In this document: piece after piece, positions 24,501 through 35,353 of the stretch
Layout of the letters: every line of letters starts with the position of its first letter
Position numbering within the stretch: the stretch's first letter is position 1
Assembly (NCBI GenBank): GCA_051294375.1
Contig: CM119267.1
Coordinates: 6,596,367 to 6,660,366, forward strand
Reading direction: 5' to 3'
Length of the DNA stretch: 64,000 bases
Origin: Paraspadella gotoi
Taxonomy: Eukaryota; Animalia; Chaetognatha
The notes under the pieces: model-generated
What the model was told of the DNA's origin: nothing
The model's input: the letters and a program-made list of their open reading frames with translations, nothing else
Database searches by the model: none
Made by a program: the position numbers and the translations under genes

Positions 24501-26466
24501 ACTCGATCCAACACGGTAAGGAGGAGCTCATGGAAGAATGAACTTGCTCCAAGAGTAAGCGAGTGAAAGAGGAGTGAGAAAGAGTGGAGCACGGACATTC
24601 GAGAACTTGACGATCTGAGGAGCGCGTAAATAAAATCACGTACTTGTTTGCTGACCTTCTTCGATTGTTATATCTTAAATAAAGAAACGATTACAATTTA
24701 TTATTTCTTAGGTTCAACTTCGATGATTTAACGGTGTTAAAGGGGTTCGTAAACATTAAATTTAATAACTGTGGAGTTTTGACAAGTGATAAAATAAAAA
24801 GGAAAGAAAGGAAAATGGGTAAGAAACTAACCAAACATTTACCCAGTGATTTTCTTAAATAAAAGGAGGGAAAGAGAGATTCGAGTGGCACCAGATTAAT
24901 TAATCCTCAGCAACAACCAAGCGGCCCTGAGGCATCTCCCGACAGCAGGCGCTCAGGGCTTTTGATCACCCCATGTCACTGGAGTGTTTATGCCGACACC
25001 ATCACACTTATTCAGCGTGACCGTGAGGGGATTGAACACGGAACTCACGGTTGGTTAACGAGTACTTAGCTGCCCAAGCCAATGGGATGAGGTGAGTTTC
25101 ATCAAGCTATACGGGAGGCGAATGGATTTACCACAGTGCAAAATTTTCCGATGATCACCAAAGCAAAGAATGTCATTTTATTCAATTAACGATTGTCATT
25201 CATCTTCAGCGACTGTACTTACGGTGATGGAGACTTAAAGGTAAGCATCGCGATATCGGAACAATGAAAGTATTCAAATCAACCGCAAAAGCATGTTCCT
25301 TTAAATAGGAACCCTTTTTTAAAGCATAAGTCCACTTGGGATAATTCATCAACGATTGCAAATGATAATATTTATATTTAAAGTGACTAGAAACAGTGTG
25401 CAATAATGGTCCAGGAATATCCTGATAAATTTCAAACAATTTTTCCACTGTATGTCGTTTAAATCGGAGAAAACTGACAATGACGAAAAAAATTAGTCCT
25501 ACTATCTAGGAAAAAAGTAGATCACATAATTGTTGAAAAGTTCATTTATTTCATAAAAAAAATACAAAACATAGGTAAAACATTCTTAATATTTGATATG
25601 CTTTTCTTCGGCATCAATTACTGCCTGCATTCGTCTGGGCATATTATCTTACATTGGTATGACAGCGAAATGTTTTTTTACTTCTTTAACACAATTTTTT
25701 CAGCCCCATTATTGATATTACGTATCTTTCCCTATTTTCTGAATGTTATAAATATAATAATACTTCTTTAAACCAAAAAGAGGTGCAATATCTTTAGTAT
25801 TGCCAAATTAAAAAAATAAATTAATTTTATTTAAAATAAAAATAAATAACTAAATAATAAAATGGGGGAAAAACTAAATATGATTTTTTTTATTTGAAGT
25901 AGCAATATTTTTTGCCTGTAACATCTAAATGATTTGCATACAAAAAATGGAAGGAAATTATTAAAAAATATTTAATATAGATTTGAATATATTTTAATTT
26001 TTTTATAAATAAAACAAATTTTTAAATAGATATCCTTTACTAAAAATGTGATATACTTTTTTTCTAGATAGTATAGCCAAATTTATTTTTAAAATATGTC
26101 ACACAGCGATCAAACGTTTTTATTTCTATACTTAATTTTATGATAAATAATATCTTGGATAAAACCTAACTGTTAATACGTATTTAAAATTTAATTTGTT
26201 ATTCCTATTCACTTATTCGGTGATGATCTTAACTTCTACTTTCATGTACGAAGAAAGAAAACGAAATAAGAGCTAAGAATAGGCGTCATTATGAGCAGTT
26301 TTCTCTGATCACAGGAGATCCCATTCTTGGTTGTCATATAAATCCTAAAACTCAGATTTTCCTTCTTGTACACATTAACATTAAGTTCAATATCTTCCAT
26401 AGAAATACAATTTAAAGCAGTTCCGGCAAACGGCAGCAAAATAACGGCAAAAAAAAACGGGAACAT
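6527..26466 (-). CDS. Multi-exon gene for an uncharacterised secreted protein with large TE-filled introns
   Basis: Phase-compatible GT-AG exons: 26250-26466 (signal peptide MFPFFFAVILLPFAGTA), 25223-25447, 21296-21403, 20997-21223, 18598-18924, 18339-18528, and a candidate last exon 6527-6903. The middle four junctions are clean. The first donor and the link to the last exon are less certain. Confidence 0.6.
7068..7480 (+). mobile_element. Non-autonomous DNA-transposon-like repeat (GGTAGCCG-terminus family), truncated copy
   Basis: Colinear similarity to 54861-55432 and 17565-18163. The 17565-18163 copy ends in the inverted motif GCGGCTACC. Confidence 0.65.
8834..8877 (-). ncRNA. Minimal hammerhead ribozyme motif
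   Basis: Minus strand reads AATG-CTGATGA-A-GGCTT-TGTAGTT-AAGCC-C-GAAA-CATG-TC-CGTT: catalytic core, stem II, palindromic ACATGT stem III and a 4-bp stem I. Confidence 0.7.
9866..9906 (+). ncRNA. Minimal hammerhead ribozyme motif (GAAA reads AAAA)
   Basis: AATG-CTGATGA-GGCTT-GTAGTT-AAGCC-AAAA-CATG-TC-CGTT. One core substitution, either a mutation or a read error. Confidence 0.55.
10284..10645. repeat. ~280-bp-period repeat that is the insertion target of the HINE
   Basis: GAGAGGAGAGAGGGT..GTGCCCAGTGGGTCTGGGAGGTTTTT occurs at ~10284-10372 and ~10563-10645. The second copy resumes at 17178 with CCGTCAGT. Confidence 0.7.
11370..11818 (+). repeat. ~18-bp minisatellite (GAAAAAATGATGCAAGTT)n
   Basis: Degenerate tandem units visible directly. 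Confidence 0.85.
11820..16119. mobile_element. TA-flanked CAGT..ACTG non-autonomous DNA transposon with long inverted arms, internally rearranged
   Basis: Terminus CAGT(A)CCGGTCTTGGCTTTCC at 11820 and ~13251, inverted at ~16080-16119. The outer flanks GAAAATGATA / TACGAGTT rejoin into one minisatellite unit with a TA duplication. Confidence 0.55.
12310..17140. repeat. ~1.8-kb inverted duplication (12310-14050 vs ~15260-17140)
   Basis: Reverse-complement colinearity with many 1-bp indels and a ~1.2-kb spacer. Confidence 0.8.
14315..14690 (+). repeat. 19-20-bp minisatellite (GCATAATTTGGTCAACTT)n
   Basis: About 19 degenerate tandem units directly following a HINE-type terminus at ~14273-14314. 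Confidence 0.9.
17565..18163 (+). mobile_element. Non-autonomous DNA-transposon-like repeat (GGTAGCCG family)
   Basis: Similar to 54861-55432. Ends ...ACCCCATTGAGTGCGGCTACCCC. Confidence 0.6.
18975..19152. mobile_element. Fragment of a GGCTAAAT-terminus repeat with degenerate TTAGGG tract
   Basis: GTTAGGGTTAAGG-like tract followed by GCCGCC..GCGGTCGACGAAAGTAAAATTTAGC. The terminus is shared with 28203, ~29985-30021 and ~39930-40075. Confidence 0.6.
19240..20940. repeat. ~830-bp direct duplication across a 25-N gap (probable assembly overlap)
   Basis: 19240-20070 nearly equals 20125-20940. The gap is at 20100-20124. Confidence 0.85.
20452..20835 (+). mobile_element. tRNA-derived SINE-like element with duplicated head (second assembled copy at ~19567-19960)
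   Basis: 20649-20720 has an acceptor-like stem GCGGCCA/TGGTCGC, A-box-like TGGTGCCGGAGG and B-box-like GGTTCTAGCCC. The head is repeated 169 bp upstream. Confidence 0.6.
21430..24440 (+). mobile_element. Second degraded HINE-like element hosting the TRIM
   Basis: 5' block GTCGGTCCGTTGGTCCACCCCCC at ~21466, core repeat at ~23110-23300, 3' end GATCGTGGGCAGATCCGACATTGTTTGCTCAAACTTGTT at ~24401-24439. Confidence 0.55.
23313..24057 (-). mobile_element. TRIM-like miniature LTR retroelement
   Basis: 254-bp near-identical direct repeats (23313-23566, 23804-24057) and a 4-bp TSD AATG. The minus-strand LTR starts TGTGGC, and a TGG-starting PBS lies 2 nt after the 5' LTR. The 237-bp non-coding interior has three ~30-37-bp repeats. 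Confidence 0.85.
24890..25085 (-). mobile_element. Possible degraded tRNA-derived SINE
   Basis: Minus strand TGGCTTGGGCAG...GTGTTCAATCCC (A/B-box-like) followed by a GC-rich body. Confidence 0.35.
25502..26071 (-). mobile_element. Internally deleted Tc1-like transposon
   Basis: TA-flanked TIRs CTATCTAG(G/A)AAAAAAGTA(G/T)ATCAC. Minus strand ~25586-25648 encodes DNMPRRMQAVIDAEEKHIKY*, matching the Tc1 transposase C-terminus. A related terminus occurs at ~15022. Confidence 0.8.
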
Positions 26467-26923
26467 TTTTAAAGATGAAATCTGTCAAGGATGCCATGCA
26501 AATAATGAATGACAATGAATATTCAATAAATCAGTTTTTAAATCAAAGTTAATCAAAGTAGCTAAGTAGAACATCTCAGAACTGAAAATGGCAAGTTAAA
26601 ATCATTAAAATCGCCTGAAATCAGCGCGTGAAATAGATAAATAAATATCCGTCACAATTACCCCACTTAATAAGGTACAGCTATCCTACAATAGATTCAG
26701 CTTAATACAATTTTATCAGACGGAGAAAAAACATTGTAACTGTTCCAAACCTCCTGTCCTGTGGTCAGAAGTTAAATTTTAAATAAACAAACCAATAAGG
26801 TACACCGCATCATACCCATTTCAATTACGGTTATTTAAATTAAAATAAAGTTGGGATAATTTTTTTTACACATTTGAAGATTAAAGCCAAAGGCATTTTA
26901 ATATATCTTAAAAAAAAAAGAGT

Positions 26924-27830
26924 TCAATAACGAATCCCCGATGAAAAGTCATTAATTCTAAACTGCCTGTAATCACCAAAACCACCGAATTCAGACTTGA
27001 TACGTGAGTCACCAGAAAAGACAGATTCGCACCCAATCATGGGAATGTCCGCAAAGGTTTCTTCCACCCGGCCGCCGTCACGACCAGTGGAGGTCAACCG
27101 GTCTGGCCCAAACCATCGACCGTCAACATCGTCCTCGACGGGCATGTAGTTGGGCAAGTGTTCCCTCCAGACAGAGCTCGGTGGTCGGGGGCCGTAGGGT
27201 GGCGGAGGCGTGATGACGGACGGAAATTCCATCGTGGTGCCAGGCATGAAGTCTTGGCGCTTGATGCTGATGAACATGATGTCCGTTTTGAATCGCCCTT
27301 TCACACGCCAGTCAGTGTCGAGAAAAGACTTTTTCAAGTTGCTGTGTAAGAGATAAAGAGTTCCTTTTAGACTTGAAAAGCAGCACACTCTCGCGTAATA
27401 TTTTACGGAAATTTTTCAGATGTCAAAAGGAATTATTTTTATTCCCAGAAAAATTTACCTCAACATTTTTCTGACTCTAAACTGGAACGTGTCACCGAGT
27501 GGGGGAAGTCCATTTGAACCGTTGAGGTCACGCCGAAGCACTTCAACTTGCTCGTTGGCGCGACTTTCCAAATACAACCAGTAGCTCTTCGGAGCTTTGA
27601 TCCGGAGTAGTTCATTTTCGCCATTTACGACTAATAAATAATTTAGAAAAACTACGTTCGTAGAAGATTCAAATTTGGTAAATTGTATTTAAACTGTGGC
27701 TACTAATTTTCACATCTTTTACGGATTCTTTTCTCTTGAGCTTACCCGTTTCGAGAAAGGGATAAGGACCATCGAAAGTTTGTAACGCGTACGGATGATC
27801 TGTAAGATTGCTGCGAAGAACAAACGCCAT
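26924..27830 (-). CDS. Three-exon uncharacterised protein (~225 aa) with PPPY and LPNY motifs
   Basis: Phase-compatible exons MAFVLRSNL..., ..VNGENELLRIKAPKSYWLYL.. and ..NLKKSFLDTDW..PPPPY..GIRY*. Confidence 0.7.
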
Positions 27831-28202
27831 GATAGTTTGCTCTTAATTAGTAACTAAAAGGTAAATTTGAAATTAAACAAACAGGACGTAACTGCGTCAT
27901 TTTACACTCAGGTTCCTTTAGAACTACGATTTGAAATTCAAATAGCCAATTAGACCAGTGGCTGCGCCAATACATGTAAATCGCTTTCAATGGCTTAAAC
28001 TGAACTGTTACTGCAGCACTATTAATATATGGTATTTTAAAAAATATTTGGGTAACTTTACTATTCGACGACCGGAACCAACCTTAGCTACCACCGGTCG
28101 GTAAGGGGTGCCAAAATTTAAAAATTATAGTAGCTTAATTTACATCTGGCATATGGGTATTGAGTAAAAAAGGATATTTGACGTAATCCTTATTAAATCG
28201 GG

Positions 28203-30021
28203 GGCTAAATTTTACTTTCGCTGACCGCGGTTTAGCGGCTTTTAAAAAAGTTATTTAAAAATATATAGGGTTATTTTTATTAATGTTTTTTCAAAGCTGA
28301 CGAAGACTTGAATTAACAGAGTCAAAACATGTACTCTTAATATTAAAAAAAATTGTTATATTGATACATTAATAAACCCTTCTTAATATTCATTTAATAA
28401 TAAAAAAATATAATTTTTAAAATTTTTTTTATATTAATTTTTTACAAAGAATCCGATCTTAAAATTTAAAAATTTGCAATTTAAAATTTTAGCTTATTAT
28501 ATACTTAATACTATATATGTAGCTCACTAATGCCCACCAACGAATAAAATTAAAAAATAAATTTATTAAAATATTTCTATAATTTTTATTTTTTATATTA
28601 AATTTTAATTTTTTTAAATTTTATCATTTTCATTTATTCTATTGCACAATAGGGTGAATTGAAATTTAGCAGTTATATCTTGAAAACTATTATATTAATG
28701 AATACTAATCTGTTGTTATTTTTTTTTTTACAAATATAGTAACCCAATCAGCTTATTTTGTATATAATACTACCTTTATATAATATCAAAATTTTAAAAT
28801 GTTTTTTTTTAAATCTGAGAACAGATTTAGATTCCTCGTTAAAAGTTGATAAAAGCAAATATAAATCTTTTAAAAATCATATCATTAAGTAGGTTAAAAT
28901 TACAAAAAACTTTTTAAGCTCGAAATTAAAATCGGTGTCTTAAATATAATTTTTTACATTTGACTAACTTAATGAAAGAATTTTTAAAAAAGAATTATAC
29001 CTTCTTTTATCAACTTTTTGAAAAGAATCAATCCGATCTTAAAATTTGCATTTTAAAATTTTAACCTATTATATATTTATTACTATATATAAATATAGCT
29101 CACTGGTGCCCACTAATATATAAAATTAAAAAATAAATTTACCAAAGTATTTTTAATAGTTTTTATATTCATGTTTTATAAGCTAAATTTTAATTTTTTT
29201 ATCATTTTCATATTACTCTATTGCACAATATATCATTTAAACTGCACTCTTACTTTTTTATGTACAAATATTTTATAAACTTAAAACTTTATATTTGAAG
29301 GTTAGAATTTTAAACCAAAATATGTTTGTTTTATTAAATAATCATTCGATATTACAAATAAACGAGAAAAAAATAATATTTATAGGTTTTATATTATAAT
29401 GAAAGGTACCCTTTTTTAATAACCAGAACCCATTCCAAAAAAACTATTTGACAAAATTCATTGAAATTTAAAATTTTTGATATTTGAAATTTTTTATTGA
29501 AATATGAACCAAACTTTATGAATACAAATAAAACTATCAAAACAAATTTTAATACTTGACCCCTGAGCCGAGATATAAAGACCCAGAAGGGCGAAAAAAA
29601 ATTAATTTTTTAAAATCATTGTTTTACAAAAATGTATTTTCAAAATATTAGTTTACCTTAATTTTTAGCTTTATGAACATCAGCAGTTTAAATTAGATTT
29701 AAAATAATTTAAAAAAATTAAAAATAAGATGAATCATATATTTTCAAACTGTTTAATTATTCAAAAATTATTAAATTGTTCTAAAATGTTTTCATATGTT
29801 TAAAACGTTAAACTAAAAAAATTTAAAAACTTCAACCTTAAAGGTTTAGCTTTAAAACCTTTTATTTCATGTCATTAGAACTAAATATAAAATTTTATAA
29901 AATTTGATCGGGAAGTTTGGTAGGAATAAATTCTGGTTACAAAAAAATACTTATGAAATAAAACCTGTGAATGATTTTTCGACAGCCGCATAACCGCGGT
30001 CGGCGAAAATAACATTTAGCC
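28203..30021. mobile_element. AT-rich composite repeat bounded by inverted GGCTAAAT..GACCGCGG termini
   Basis: GGCTAAATTTTACTTTCGCTGACCGCGG at 28203 and its imperfect inverse ending at 30021. Internal blocks resemble ~5460-5760 and 59400-59950. No TSD seen. Confidence 0.5.
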
Positions 30022-30466
30022 ATTATTCGTCCGAGCATGTCCTCGCTTTAAACTTTTGACTCACTCCCATCGAGTGGGGCTTCCAACTGACGGCGAAAAT
30101 AATAATGCCAGAAAAAAACATTTAAGTTGAACTGATTTGCGCTTAGAAGATACTGGTGTATATTAAGTTTATTAATTTTAAAATTGAAATTTGCCCCCGA
30201 ATTAAATCTGTCTCAAATCCTTGTAGTTATGGTTTGATTTAAATTTGATCTAAAACAAAATTAATAATCCAAATAACTATCGTATACCATTTTACTAATT
30301 TTATGACCAAATACGTTTGAAAATTTTAAAGACTCATTACTACAGTGCAATAACCAAAAAAAGACATTCAAAAGTATAAGAAAATTGCGAGATTTTATTC
30401 CAAAAGAGATGTAAAAATCGTACTGAAGTATAAAACGAACTGGAAATACAAAATAAAAATAAGATT

Positions 30467-32541
30467 CTACGGAGAAGTATCATGGCCCCCTTTGGAGAGT
30501 AAATTTTTCAACTTGGTTAATGTTGAGAACTTGTCAGGGCTTGTGTTCGGTTCGGCCTGAAAAAGAAAAGTAGGTTAAAAACGGATGAAATATTTATAGT
30601 TGTGCGAGTCAAATTCGACTTACTTCCGTAGAATTGGGTGTCAGAGTCGAATCGGAGATTAAATAACCAGCTTCGCAATTTGCGCCGCATTTATCGCACA
30701 CTGAAATGGAGAATCGCGCAATTAAAATTTTATAATCTTTTAGCAGTAGATTATACAACGCATTTAAAAATTTATTAAGTATTATTTTTACCAATATGCT
30801 CGCATAAAAAGTTCTTGCGCTCTCGGCAATCATCGTCATCCCACACGCCAGGAGAGAAGTAATTCATTTGGAGACAATTTTGGTAACTTCCAGCGTCGTT
30901 AGGTTCATTGTGGTGCCACCAGGTAGGTTTCGTTACGCGCTGAGATTAAAATAAAGATTAAAGAATGATACTTAAAAAGCGACAAAAGTATCTAACCTTT
31001 CCGGTAACCCATTTCCAACATCCTTCAACGTTGGAATCAGATGCGCCGATCCAGACAGGGCCACAATCGCCGAAACGCATTAAGACCTCTTCATATCGCT
31101 CTTTGCTATCAATAACCAGCAAGTGTCCCGCGGCGATCTCGCATACTCGCTTAGCTTCCGCCCAGCAAAGCTTGTGTTTGTGGAGAAAAATTTTTGAATA
31201 ACATCCGCTGGAAGGTGATGTAGTAGTCGTGCTAGTTGTGCTAGTAGTGCTAGTAGTTGTGGGTGGAGGCGTGGTAGGGTAACATGCGGGAGGACGGAAA
31301 GGGCACTTGGCTATATAATCACATTTTCCACTTTCCTCATTAAACATTAAGCTGGATGGACAAGCCTTGCAAGTTATGGCCTCAGTCATCCCAGTTTTTG
31401 TTCTACCACTTTCGCACGAGAGGTATTGATTTGGGGCTTCGGGATCGCAGATTTCTATACTGCCGTAATTATTGTTGAGCGCCTCATCGCAATAACATTT
31501 TTGAAGTTCGGTTAGCGGGCAAGGAATGGGAGTCGTGGAAGTGGTGGTGGTGGTAGTAGTGGTGGTAGTAGAAGTAGTAGTGGTTGTCGGGGGTATTGTG
31601 GTGGTTGTAGTTGTTGGGCACGTAGTTGTAGTAGTAGTCGTGTTGGGATCGCATTCTTTACATTCCATACAATCATTACAATCGCCCTCACTTCCGCAAA
31701 CTTCGATTGCTTTAGTAAATTTCGTTCCAGCAGCACATTCAAAGCAAACTACAGTGACTGAACCGTTGGTATGTCGCTGGCACTGGAGATATTGGTCCGA
31801 ATACTCTGGATCGCAGTAGTTTTTGACTTGCAGATGTTTATTCTCTTCATAATTCATGATCTTATCGCAAATGCATTGTCGCCATGGTTGTGTCTCGCAT
31901 TCAATACATCCGTGCTGTGACATCTCTGAGAGTAAAAATAGATTTGTTAAATCACGTATAATTTATTTTCAGACAGAATTTACCCATATTTTGCGCAGGA
32001 ACATCGGGCTGAGAATTGCACAAATCGCCCTTCCAATCACATCGTAAATCTTTACTGTTGAACATTAATCCGTTAGGGCAGCTTTTAATCGCCGCAGTGA
32101 TGAAGTTTAAAGGACAAACGAGATAAGAGTTTCCTTCGTGACAAAAATAACGAGTTCCATAGTCGTCAGTCTTATAAACGGCGGCGTGCTTTGATTTTTC
32201 TTCACAAAGCTTTTGCGCAGCTGAAAGCTGCGAGTTCGAGCTTGGATACCGTTTGACACACATGGTTTTTGAAATTTGAACGCATGCCTAAAAGTTATTG
32301 AAATGAATTAAAGTTGTATTCACAATACAGAATTGAAATTATAACTTACCTGAGGTACCGGATCAAAAGAAAGATCCCCGAAGCATCTTTGTTTAGTTCC
32401 ACCATTTGCTTCACAATTGATATAATAATGTGGATCTTCAGGGTAGCAAATCTGTTTCCCATGTTGATGCATACATAGATCCTCAAACTCGCAATTATTT
32501 ATATCAGGGAGAAGTAAAAACAAAAAATAGTAAAGCAGCAT
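30467..32541 (-). CDS. Secreted protein: 4 variant chitin-binding (CBM14/peritrophin-A-like) modules, Thr-rich linkers, C-type lectin domain (EPN)
   Basis: Six phase-compatible exons. Signal peptide; modules such as CPNGLMFNSKDLRCDW; poly-Thr tracts; CTLD W..A...C..WIGASD..EPND..C..WDD..C..FLCE. Confidence 0.85.
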
Positions 32542-32738
32542 GGTTATAATCCTGTAAAACCTAAATAAATTAAAATTATCAGTTAATGCAACAGAATACC
32601 GAATCTGACTAATTGTCGTAAAAATTCAATAACAAAGCTAGAATTAGGCTATTGATCATACTAAAAAGATACCAAAATAAAGAATTAGTGTAGTCATATG
32701 AAAATCCGATCCCTTGGCAAAGTTAATGTTTAAAAAAT

Positions 32739-33881
32739 TCATTGACAAAAATGATTTCTGGGCATAAACCAATCGCCGTTTAAGCATAAAATTATGCTTT
32801 GGGATTTGGCAGTTCCTTGACAATTCAAAACGCAGAGCCAAGGCCTTCCGTGGTGATTTCGGCATTTCCATTGGCCGTTCGTAGTAGGAAGCTCCTAAAA
32901 ACATACTCGGATTAAGTTTAAATAAATAGTGGAGGGGAGAAATATTTTACCTGGCAGAACTTTTTGGTTTCTAATGAGTTATAAATGCCTCGTAATAACT
33001 TGTTTTCGGCAAGAGAAAAAGTATGAGATGGAACGATCGAGCGGGCGTTGGAGTCAGGATTAGTTATATTTTGTTGTAAGATTAATCCAACATAAGGGCA
33101 AACTAAGTTAAATAAACTCGAATAATAAACAATCGAACCAAATAAAAACCAGGTACGTACCTTGACAAATAGCTGGTTTTCGGGATCGGCAGTCAGCGTT
33201 GTTCCATTTTCCGTTTTTTAATATTTCGATACAATAATTATTTTTAGAATCCGATGGTTTACTTTGTTCCCAATTTGTAAAAGCGTACAGGCCCTAGATG
33301 AACAATAGAGCGTTCAAATATAACAAAATATAAGATATTAAATTCTATTCATAATTATTTTACTGTAATAAGGTCTGAAGAATTCGATGGTGATGACCAT
33401 TTTTTTGTATAATTTCATCTTTCTTGTCGGAAATTAAAATTAAAATTAAATATCTTATATTTTGTTATCTTTGAACGCTCTAATGAACAATCAAACTGAA
33501 ATCGCGTGGATAGGATTGTTAAGCCGACTATGAAAAAGTACAAGTTAACCAGGGTAAGCATAAAAACTATTCGGAATAATGTTAATATTTGAAGTTACGA
33601 GATGAAACCAAATTACTTACTGCATTGTTGGTCCATCTCCAATCTCCGTCTTCATACCGGTCCCGGGCGCCGATCCAATAATTTTCCTCGCTAAATTTTC
33701 TTCGAAGGATTTCGTTAGTTGCGCGATCGCGGACGACGGCGAGTTGACCGCCGAGATTACTCTCGCATGTCAACTTGGCACTGCTCCAGCTCAGATGGTC
33801 GTTGATGCTAAAATAATTGCACGATCTGTAAGCTGCATTGACCTTAATGAAGCAGAGCCACAGCAAAAGAAAAAGTTTCAT
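32739..33881 (-). CDS. Secreted C-type lectin with C-terminal CCP/Sushi-like domain
   Basis: Four exons. Signal peptide MKLFLLLWLCF; CTLD (WIGARD, KPS, WNN); C-terminus CQELPTTNGQWKC..CVLNC..IILCLNGDW..HFCQ*. Confidence 0.8.
33306..33482. mobile_element. hAT-type MITE
   Basis: TIRs TAGAGCGTTCAAA..ATAACAAAATATAAGATAT and a perfect 8-bp TSD ATGAACAA (33298-33305, 33483-33490). Confidence 0.85.
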
Positions 33882-33959
33882 TTTTAAAGTCTGAAAAAAA
33901 GAACCAAATGCGAGTACGTTAAAACTAAAATAAAAAACCGGAAGCATTAATCATTAGGT

Positions 33960-35234
33960 TTATAAATAAAACGATCCGTCGTTAGAGTTAAGCCTGTTCC
34001 TGAACCGATCGAGTTTAGATTCGACTGGAGGTTGAGCTGGGTGCGGACGTCTCCTCTGCGCACGGATGCGGTGTGGACAAACTGAACAAAATTACCGAGA
34101 TTTTATATAATCGAGAGAGCCAAAAATTAAGAGTAGTTTAGATCAAACCGGTAACGCTTACCTAAAACTTCACATAAGTAACCGTAATGAGAGGCGCAAT
34201 CAACGTCTCCCCATTTGGCGCGGTCGTTTCGGTAATTAAAAACGACGCAGTGCTCATGATTGTTGCGATCATTGTTGGGGCGACCATTTTGCCATCGGGA
34301 TATACCCACGGGCTAAGAGTTAAAATTAGCGTTAGAATTTAAAAAATCGTAAGAAATGGTGCAAGTATTACCAGGCCGGTAGTCCATTTAAAATCGCCTT
34401 TCGTTCTAAAATCATTCAGACCAATCCAAAAGGGGCTTGGTTGTCCATTAGTTAATCCGTAACTAGCGTCAACCGAGTGTTGATCCAAAGGGTTGTTAAT
34501 AGAGGCCAGAAATCCTCCCAGCTGACGGCATTTTAAATTGGCCACACCCCAGGTAACCTTGTCGTCCGGTAAGTAGCGATAGGCGAGATGACAAAGGGGC
34601 GATCGGGGTTTTCCAGGACCTGGCCCTGTCGGGAAATGTTTTAGCTTTTGACGAGTTTCCGTACAAATCAGAAATCAAAAATTTCGGGAAAGACTAACCG
34701 ATTATGTTTGAAGACGGCAAGCAGTCGGATTTCGATTTTTCTGTACAACGACCCAGCTTTTCACTAAAACTCATTCCCTTAGGGCAGGCGAAGACCACAG
34801 GAGCCGCGAGTTCGCGGTTCGAATTTCGGTGGCAGTAAATAAATTTAGACTCGGGCTCCGTTGGGTGGCAGATGGCGTCCTTAGTTTGGCTGTTGCAAGC
34901 ATCGGCAAAAGGATTAACCTTGAGCAGTATTGCCGCGCAATCCGAGTACTCTTTGTAGACGCACGTCTGTTAGCAAAGATGAAATCTGTTGGATTACCCC
35001 CAACCAGGTTGAAGATTGAAGATTCACCTGGAAAATTGTCGAGTAATAATAATTGGGATCGCATAGAGACGTTGTGGCGTGAATCTTGGTATCGTTGCTA
35101 CAAGTGATATAGGCGCCGGCAGTGTTAGGGTGACAAAATGACTTCGTATCACCCCACTGGGCATCGGAACAGAAATACTGCTCGTAAGAGCAGAAAGTTA
35201 AAGGCAGAAAAAGAATAAAAACGAACGACTTCAT
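33960..35234 (-). CDS. Secreted protein: 2 variant chitin-binding modules + C-type lectin domain (RPN)
   Basis: Five phase-compatible exons. Signal peptide MKSFVFILFLPLTFC; CPKGMSFSEKLGRC; FWIGLND..RPNND..HC..WGDVDC..YLCE. Confidence 0.85.
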
Positions 35235-35353
35235 CTTGTCTGAAAAAAATATAAAAACTAGAAAAATTGTAAAAAAGCAAAATCGTAAAATATGGAAGCC
35301 AAATAAACTGGTCGAGCTGTAGTAAAAAAAGTTTCATTTTCGAAGCCGTATCC

